Below, one piece after another: positions 58,534 to 64,000 of a DNA stretch of 64,000 nucleotides. Positions within the stretch are counted from its first letter, which is position 1. Each line of letters begins with the position of its first letter. Source of the stretch: Myxococcota bacterium. Lineage in GTDB: Bacteria > Myxococcota_A > Polyangia > Polyangiales > Ga0077539. The notes below the pieces were generated by a model. The model worked only from the letters and a program-made list of their open reading frames with translations, was not told the origin of the DNA and ran no database searches. The position numbers and the translations under genes were made by a program. The stretch covers positions 1-64,000 of the forward strand of contig JBPOHC010000366.1 of the NCBI GenBank assembly GCA_052035985.1. Reading direction: 5' to 3'.

Positions 58534-59201
58534 TGTTCGTGCCGCTGCTCGTCGGCTCCGCGCTCGCGGGGGCGGCCACGGTGGGCGGCCTCGTGCAGCA
58601 CTACAAGCGACAGCTCGGCCCCATGACGCTCGCCGACGTGCGGGCGCTCACCACCCTCGAACCCACGCCCATCGCCCTCTGCCGCGAGGGCCTCGTGAAG
58701 ATCGTCGGCACCCTCGGCTGCGACACGCCCGAGCGCAGCCTCTACGGCGACGCGCTCGTGGCCGTCCGCGAGGTGCGCCACTACGCCACCGAGGGCCGAG
58801 GCGCCGCTGCGACGCGCGTGCTCTCCCGCGTCGACCGATCGAGCGCGCCCTTCTGGATCGAAGACGACTCCGGCCGCATCAGCCTCGACCCGCTCGCGGC
58901 GCGCATCGACTACGAGCTCGACGAGACCGAGCTCGAGCCCATGATCGAAGAGCTGCGTCTGCGCCTGGGAGAGCGCGTCGTCGTGCTCGGTGACGCGCGT
59001 CGCGAGGTGACCGTCTCGCATCACCCCATGCGTCGCTCGGCCGTGCAGACCGAGCGGGGGCTGCACTTCATCGCGCCGCCGCTGGTGACCTGGCGAACGG
59101 AGCCCGAGGTGTATCCGAAGCTGCTGCCGCCCGCGGGCTCGGCGGCGCTCTCTGCGAGCACCGTCGCGCTCGCCGTGCTCGGCGCGCTGCTGCGGCTGTA
59201 G
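58533..59201 (+). CDS. hypothetical membrane-associated protein (222 aa), coupled to lexA (TGATG)
   Basis: N- and C-terminal hydrophobic segments. The competing minus ORF 58443..59066 looks like an artefact. Confidence 0.5.
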   Translation: MFVPLLVGSALAGAATVGGLVQHYKRQLGPMTLADVRALTTLEPTPIALCREGLVKIVGTLGCDTPERSLYGDALVAVREVRHYATEGRGAAATRVLSRVDRSSAPFWIEDDSGRISLDPLAARIDYELDETELEPMIEELRLRLGERVVVLGDARREVTVSHHPMRRSAVQTERGLHFIAPPLVTWRTEPEVYPKLLPPAGSAALSASTVALAVLGALLRL

Positions 59202-59249
59202 GGGGGAGAGAAAAGCGCGGGAGGGGATTGAGGCGGGGAGAGAGGCGCT

Positions 59250-61382
59250 TCAGGTGCCCGTGGCCGACACGTCGTCGTGCTCGTGCTCGCCGTCGTGCAT
59301 CTCGCTGTCGTTGTCGTTCTCGACGCCGGGGTGACCGCCGCGACGCGCGTCGCAGAGGTTGATCTTGTAGTGCTTGGCGCGGAGGTAGAGCGTCGAGCGC
59401 GAGATGTCGAGCGCGGTGGCGGCGCGGCGCATGTTGAAGCCCATCTGCACGAGGACGCGCTCGATGTGGGCGCGCTCGACGTCGGCGAGCGTGAGGGCCG
59501 TGGGCTCGAGGGCGCCGAGGAGCATCGCGGGGTTCTGCTGCGCGATCTGCACGGGCGTGGGGCGCTCGACGCGCGGAGGCTCGGCGGGCGCGGGCTTCGC
59601 GGCGGCGGGGCGCGGCGCCGGGGCGGGCGCTGCGATGGCGCGAGGCGCGGTGGCTTCGAGCGACTGACGCGCGCCGATGATGGCGTCGGCGGAGATGCTG
59701 TCGCCGACGCCGAGCCACGCGCGTTCGAGCACGGTGCGCAGCTCGCGGAGGTTGCCGGGCCACGTGTGCGCAGCGAGCAGCGACTCGGTCTCGGCGGGGA
59801 GCGCGGGCGCGTCGCGGCCGTACTCGCGGGCGAGGTCAGAGAGCACCGAGCGCGCGAGGTCGACGAGCTCGGTGGGGCGGTCGCGGAGCGCGGGGAGCGA
59901 GACCACGAGCGCAGAGAGCCGCTGGAGGAGGTCGCTCGAGAAGGACTTGCGGAAGGCCGCGCCGCGGAGGTCGTAGGGGCTCGTGGCGACGATCCGCACG
60001 TCGGGCGTCGCGGGCTTCACCCCGCCGACGCGGAGGAACGCGCGCGTCTCGAGGAGGTTCAGGAGCTTCGACTGCGAGCTCGGGTCGAGGGAGCCGATGT
60101 TGCGGAGCACCAGCGTGCCGCCCGCGGCCTGCTCGATGAGGCCGCGGCGCGCGCGGTCGGTCTGCGGCGCCGAGCCGGCTTCGAAGCCGAACATCACGCC
60201 GTCGAAGTCGCGCGGGGTGAGCGTCGTGCAGTCGCACTCGATGAAGGGCCCGCGGGCGCGGTCGCTCGACGCGTGGATCTCTCGCGCGACGAAGGCCTTT
60301 CCGGTGCCGCGCTCGCCGGTGATGAGCAGCGTGCAGCGCGACGTGGAGGCGAGCTCGACGACGGCCGCCGTGGCGCCGCGCTGAGAGCTCGAGCGCCGCG
60401 CGGCGTCTCCGCGCGACGAGGTCTTCGCAGAGACCCAGGCGCCGCCGACGAAGAGCGACGAGAGCGTCTCGATGAAGTGCGCGTCGGGGCGGTGACCGTG
60501 CGCGCTGTAGAACACCACCACGCCGTCGGGGTGGCCGTCGCGGCCCACGGGCACGCCCACGGCTTCAATGAGTCCCTCGGAGCGGTCGTTGAGCACGGTG
60601 CGCGCGACGGCGGCGTCTTCGCGGTCGAGCCCGTCGCTCCACTGCGGAGCGTGCGAGGCCCAGACGCGCGACGCGAGGCCCTGCGCGTTGGTGAGGGCGC
60701 CCCACCCGCGGCTGCCGTCGGGGCGCTGCGAGTACACGGCTTCGCAACGGAGGCTCTGCGAGGCGCGGTTCCACGACCAGCGGGCGGCGAGGCTCCAGCC
60801 CATGAGGGTGCAGACCTCGTTGATCACGTCGCGGAGCATCTCGGGGCGGCCGTCGTCGCGGCTCATCGCGCGGGCCACGACGCGGGCCACGGCGCGCCTG
60901 CGATCGGCCTGACGCACGTCGGTGATCTCGACCATCTGGAGCAGGGCTCCCTGCATCCCGGTGAGGGCGCAGGGCGTGAGCGAGACGGTGAACCAGCCTT
61001 CGCCGCCGCGGGGGTGGCTCGCGGCTTCGAACTCGTGGTGCGACTTCGACCCGTGGAGCACGGCGCGGAGGGACTCTCTCGCGGACTCGACGGCGGCGTG
61101 ATCGAAGCCCATCCCGCGACCGCAGGCGTGGGCGAAGCTGATTCCGACGGGCTCGCCGTGGTGCTCGGTGCGCTCGGCGAGGGCGCGCTTCCACGCGGCG
61201 TTGACCCAGCGCACGGTGCCCTTCGCGTCGATGACCGCGGCGGGAGACGGGAGCGCTTCGAGGGATGACCAGCGGGTCCGATCGGCCGTGGGGAGCGGGG
61301 TCTCGGGCTCCTGGGCACGCTCACCAGCGAAGCCCTCATACTCAGCCGCGGTCGCCGAACCCTCGTTGAAGATCATGGACAT
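59250..61382 (-). CDS. PAS/GAF-containing NtrC-family (bEBP-like) regulator with degenerate GAFTGA motif and Fis-type HTH
   Basis: AAA+ core LLITGERGTGKAFVAREIH...GGTLVLRNIGSLD. The sigma-54 contact motif is replaced by FGFEAGSAP. C-terminal MRRAATALDISRSTLYLRAKHYKI. ATG 61382 preceded by GGAGGG. Confidence 0.75.
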   Translation of the reverse strand: MSMIFNEGSATAAEYEGFAGERAQEPETPLPTADRTRWSSLEALPSPAAVIDAKGTVRWVNAAWKRALAERTEHHGEPVGISFAHACGRGMGFDHAAVESARESLRAVLHGSKSHHEFEAASHPRGGEGWFTVSLTPCALTGMQGALLQMVEITDVRQADRRRAVARVVARAMSRDDGRPEMLRDVINEVCTLMGWSLAARWSWNRASQSLRCEAVYSQRPDGSRGWGALTNAQGLASRVWASHAPQWSDGLDREDAAVARTVLNDRSEGLIEAVGVPVGRDGHPDGVVVFYSAHGHRPDAHFIETLSSLFVGGAWVSAKTSSRGDAARRSSSQRGATAAVVELASTSRCTLLITGERGTGKAFVAREIHASSDRARGPFIECDCTTLTPRDFDGVMFGFEAGSAPQTDRARRGLIEQAAGGTLVLRNIGSLDPSSQSKLLNLLETRAFLRVGGVKPATPDVRIVATSPYDLRGAAFRKSFSSDLLQRLSALVVSLPALRDRPTELVDLARSVLSDLAREYGRDAPALPAETESLLAAHTWPGNLRELRTVLERAWLGVGDSISADAIIGARQSLEATAPRAIAAPAPAPRPAAAKPAPAEPPRVERPTPVQIAQQNPAMLLGALEPTALTLADVERAHIERVLVQMGFNMRRAATALDISRSTLYLRAKHYKINLCDARRGGHPGVENDNDSEMHDGEHEHDDVSATGT

Positions 61383-61608
61383 GACACATCCCTCCGCGCG
61401 CATCCGCACACGCGGATCGCAACCTTGAAAACGCCCCGTTGAGGCTCTTCCGGCGGATCGACGAAACCGTTCCGTCCATCCGTGCGGAGGCTATGAGCGA
61501 GAGTCGTGCCGTCCTGAATTCCTACAGGTCGCCCGATGTCCGGACCGGGACATGTCCGTAGAAACGCCTCGTTCGTAGGGGTTTTCCCGTTGTGTCCGAG
61601 TCAGCAAC

Positions 61609-61668
61609 TTGACGCCTGTCATGGAATTGACGAGCCGCTTTTTGACGCCTCGTTGCTTCAGTGACGCC
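61609..61668. promoter_or_regulatory. four phased TTGACGCC-like direct repeats (spacing 18/16/18 bp) upstream of the bEBP-like gene
   Basis: ttgacgcc 61609, ttgacgag 61627, ttgacgcc 61643, gtgacgcc 61661. Located ~230-290 bp upstream of the regulator start. Confidence 0.5.
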
Positions 61669-62062
61669 CGAGACCGATTCGCAACACCACCGAAGCCCTG
61701 GGACCGACCGGACCTCGCTGTGACCAGTCGAGCAGCGCGTCGGCGAGACAGGCCGAGAGTCCCCGCGAGACGAGCGGCGGTGAGAGCGAGACCGTGTTGG
61801 CGGTTCCAGCGCGCGTGAGTCGGATGGTGGCCACGATGACGCGCAGCCTCAGGAGCGGCGCGGGATCGCGGGCGTAGGCGTTCGAGAGGCAGCGCTCGAT
61901 GGCCGCGCGGTGTGACGCGACAGACTCGAGCGCGCCTCGCACGGGGGCCCGCTCGACGCGAAGGAGCGAGACCTCTACCGGGGGCGTCGGGGCGTGAGGT
62001 TGCGCCATCGCCTCGCTCGCGAGCGTGAGGAACGCCGCGGTGGCTGCGCGCCGGGGGCTCAT
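61658..62062 (-). CDS. small secreted hypothetical protein (134 aa)
   Basis: Signal peptide MSPRRAATAAFLTLASEAMAQP. Divergent from selB. Confidence 0.4.
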   Translation of the reverse strand: MSPRRAATAAFLTLASEAMAQPHAPTPPVEVSLLRVERAPVRGALESVASHRAAIERCLSNAYARDPAPLLRLRVIVATIRLTRAGTANTVSLSPPLVSRGLSACLADALLDWSQRGPVGPRASVVLRIGLGRH

Positions 62063-62117
62063 CGCGCGCGAAGATACCCGACACCGGGAGCGCGGGGCGG
62101 CGGTATCGTCGCGCCCG

Positions 62118-64000
62118 ATGACAGCGACGCGGAGCGACCTCGTGATCGGCGTCGCCGGTCACATCGACCACGGCAAGACCGCGCTCGTACGCGCCCTCAC
62201 GGGCGTCGACACCGATCGCCTCCCCGAGGAGAAGGCCCGCGGGATCACCATCGAGCTCGGCTTCGCGCCCCTCGCGCTCCCCAACGGACGTCGCGCGGCC
62301 GTGATCGACATGCCCGGTCACGAGCGCTTCGTTCGAACCATGATCTCGGGCGCAGGCGGCGTCGACGTGATGCTCCTCGTGATCGCCGCGAACGAAGGGG
62401 TGATGCCGCAGACGCGTGAGCACCTCGCCATCGCGGGGCTCGTGGGCGTTCGCGCGGGCGTGTGCGCGCTCACCAAGTGCGACCTCGCCTCGCCCGACAT
62501 CGTGGAGCTCGCCTCGGATGAAGTCCGCGAGGTGCTCGTGGGGAGCGCGCTCGAAGGCGCGTCGGTGATTCCCGTGAGCGCCCTCGCAGGGACGGGGATC
62601 GAAGCCCTTCGAAAGGCTCTCGGTGCGGTGTCGCTCCCGCCGAGGGATTCGAGCGGACCGGCGCTCCTCCCCATCGATCGCGTGTTCGTACGCAAGGGCT
62701 TCGGCGTGGTGGTCACGGGCACGCTGCTCTCGGGCGTGGTGCGTCTCGATGATGCGCTTTTGCTCGGCCCCATCGGCCCCGATCACCGCGCGGTGCCCGT
62801 GCGTGTGCGCGGGCTTCAGGTGCACGGAGAGGCCGCCACGGAGGTCCACGCAGGGACGCGCCTCGCGGTGAACCTCGCGGGCGTCGAAGTGGCGGACGTT
62901 CCGCGCGGCGCGTGGCTGATGCATCCGACCGACGTGGCGCTCTCGCGGGTCTTCGACGCGACGGTCACCTCGCTCCCGCAGACGAAGCGCGACATGCTCC
63001 GCCGCGCGAAGCTCGAGGTCGACGTGGGCGCCACGCACGCCCTCGCCACGCTCTCGTTTCTCAACGGTGAGGGACTCGCGCCGGGCAAGACCGCGCTCGC
63101 GCGCGTGACCACCGATCGTCCGCTCGCGCTGCGTCCGGGGGAGCGTCTCGTGCTCCGCGGACCTCCTTCGCTCGCTGGTGTTGGAAGCACCGTGGGTGGG
63201 CTCACGGTGGTGCGTCCCGTGGCGGAGCGCGTTCGTCGAAGGGCCGTCGCGCTCGATCGCGCGCAGCGGAGCGCGGCGGGCTCTCTCGCAGATCGCGCGA
63301 GGGTCGAGCTCGACGCCGTGGGCCTCCGCGGACTCTCGCGCGCGGAGCTCGTGGCGCGCGCGGGCTACAGGGTTTCGAAGTCATCGACGGGTGACGGTGT
63401 GGTCTCCGTCGCGAACGATCGCTACGTGTCTCGCACTGCGCTCGACGCGGTCTCTCGCGAGGTGCTCCAGACGCTCAGTGACTTTCACGGGAAGAACCCC
63501 GCGGAGCGAGGCATCGATCGTCGCGCGCTCTCGTCGCTCGGCGATGACGCCGCGGTCGACCTCGTCGTCGCGGAGCTCGTCTCACAGAGCAAGATCACGC
63601 GTACCGGCGAGGTGATCGCGCGGGCGGGGTGGAAGCCGCGAGGGCTCGATGATGTTCCCTTCGTGGCGCAGGTGCGGGCCATGCTCGCGCGCGCGGGTCT
63701 CGCGACGCCGCGTATCGCGGAGATGTCCGAGGCGTGCGGCGCGACCGTGAAGGAGATCGAGCACGCCCTCAAGCGACTCACCGAGCTCGGTCACGTGGTG
63801 AAGGTCTCGACCGAGCTCTACACCGACGCCGCCGCCATGAAGGACCTCGAAGCGCGACTCGTCGCGTGGCTCGAAGCGAAGGGCTCCATCGACGCGCAGG
63901 GCTACAAAGACCTCACGGGGCTCACGCGCAAGTACGTGATCCCCTACGCCGAGCACTTCGACGCGAAGAAGGTCACGCTGCGCCTCGGCGACACGCGCAA
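62118..64000 (+). CDS. selB: selenocysteine-specific translation elongation factor SelB (3' end beyond window)
   Basis: [16 protein letters not shown]...ITIELGFA...DMPGHERF...TKCD G-domain motifs. Domains II-III follow, then winged-helix C-terminal domains. No stop before the window end. Confidence 0.85.
   Translation, partial: MTATRSDLVIGVAGHIDHGKTALVRALTGVDTDRLPEEKARGITIELGFAPLALPNGRRAAVIDMPGHERFVRTMISGAGGVDVMLLVIAANEGVMPQTREHLAIAGLVGVRAGVCALTKCDLASPDIVELASDEVREVLVGSALEGASVIPVSALAGTGIEALRKALGAVSLPPRDSSGPALLPIDRVFVRKGFGVVVTGTLLSGVVRLDDALLLGPIGPDHRAVPVRVRGLQVHGEAATEVHAGTRLAVNLAGVEVADVPRGAWLMHPTDVALSRVFDATVTSLPQTKRDMLRRAKLEVDVGATHALATLSFLNGEGLAPGKTALARVTTDRPLALRPGERLVLRGPPSLAGVGSTVGGLTVVRPVAERVRRRAVALDRAQRSAAGSLADRARVELDAVGLRGLSRAELVARAGYRVSKSSTGDGVVSVANDRYVSRTALDAVSREVLQTLSDFHGKNPAERGIDRRALSSLGDDAAVDLVVAELVSQSKITRTGEVIARAGWKPRGLDDVPFVAQVRAMLARAGLATPRIAEMSEACGATVKEIEHALKRLTELGHVVKVSTELYTDAAAMKDLEARLVAWLEAKGSIDAQGYKDLTGLTRKYVIPYAEHFDAKKVTLRLGDTR

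Noticed and set aside
59203-59250. 48-bp polypurine (G/A) tract between convergent genes
   Set aside because: Noted as unusual composition, but no functional inference can be drawn from it.
61410-61660. Sigma-54 promoter for the bEBP-like gene (tgacgcc-tcg-ttgct)
   Set aside because: Lacks the GG dinucleotide at -24 and lies on the wrong strand for the downstream gene.
61491-63038. 515-aa minus-strand ORF
   Set aside because: Antisense to selB, which has unmistakable EF-Tu-like G-domain motifs on the plus strand.

Overview
High-GC (~70%) bacterial chromosome segment. Abundant sigma-54 activators, Cys-rich MopE-like repeats, TSP3-OmpA proteins and many lipoproteins suggest a Myxococcota-like genome. 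The window is gene-dense on both strands, and most long ORFs in the six-frame track are GC-driven antisense artefacts.

Recognisable housekeeping genes include ychF, clpB, lexA, mepA, mlaE, dctA, an Hsp20, a PabB-like chorismate-binding enzyme, a class I aminotransferase and selB (truncated by the window end).

The most unusual content, in order of interest:

1. A 1621-aa protein at 1275..6140 fuses an N-terminal NACHT/STAND-type NTPase (Walker A GPGQGKST, Walker B LLVLDGLDE) to a C-terminal PtuA/AAA_21-type ABC ATPase (GENGTGKST ... LLDEIDLHLHP ... TTHNP). It is followed 28 bp later by a TIGR02646-type HNH nuclease. This looks like a Septu-like defence pair carrying a NACHT fusion, and a divergent 237-aa hypothetical gene sits upstream.
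2. A 913-aa major vault protein (MVP) homologue lies next to a vWA-domain lipoprotein, with a tandem hairpin repeat between them.
3. A 1.8-kb array of about 18 tightly packed tRNA-like genes at 45629..47403 shows internal block duplication and several non-canonical T-loops and anticodon loops. An AT-rich segment precedes it.
4. Two tandem lysyl-oxidase-like lipoprotein paralogues are present. The first carries a +1 frameshift.
5. The LexA homologue has Ala in place of the catalytic Ser.

All calls were made by eye from the sequence and the ORF track. Coordinates of starts, and of all RNA genes, need tool confirmation.
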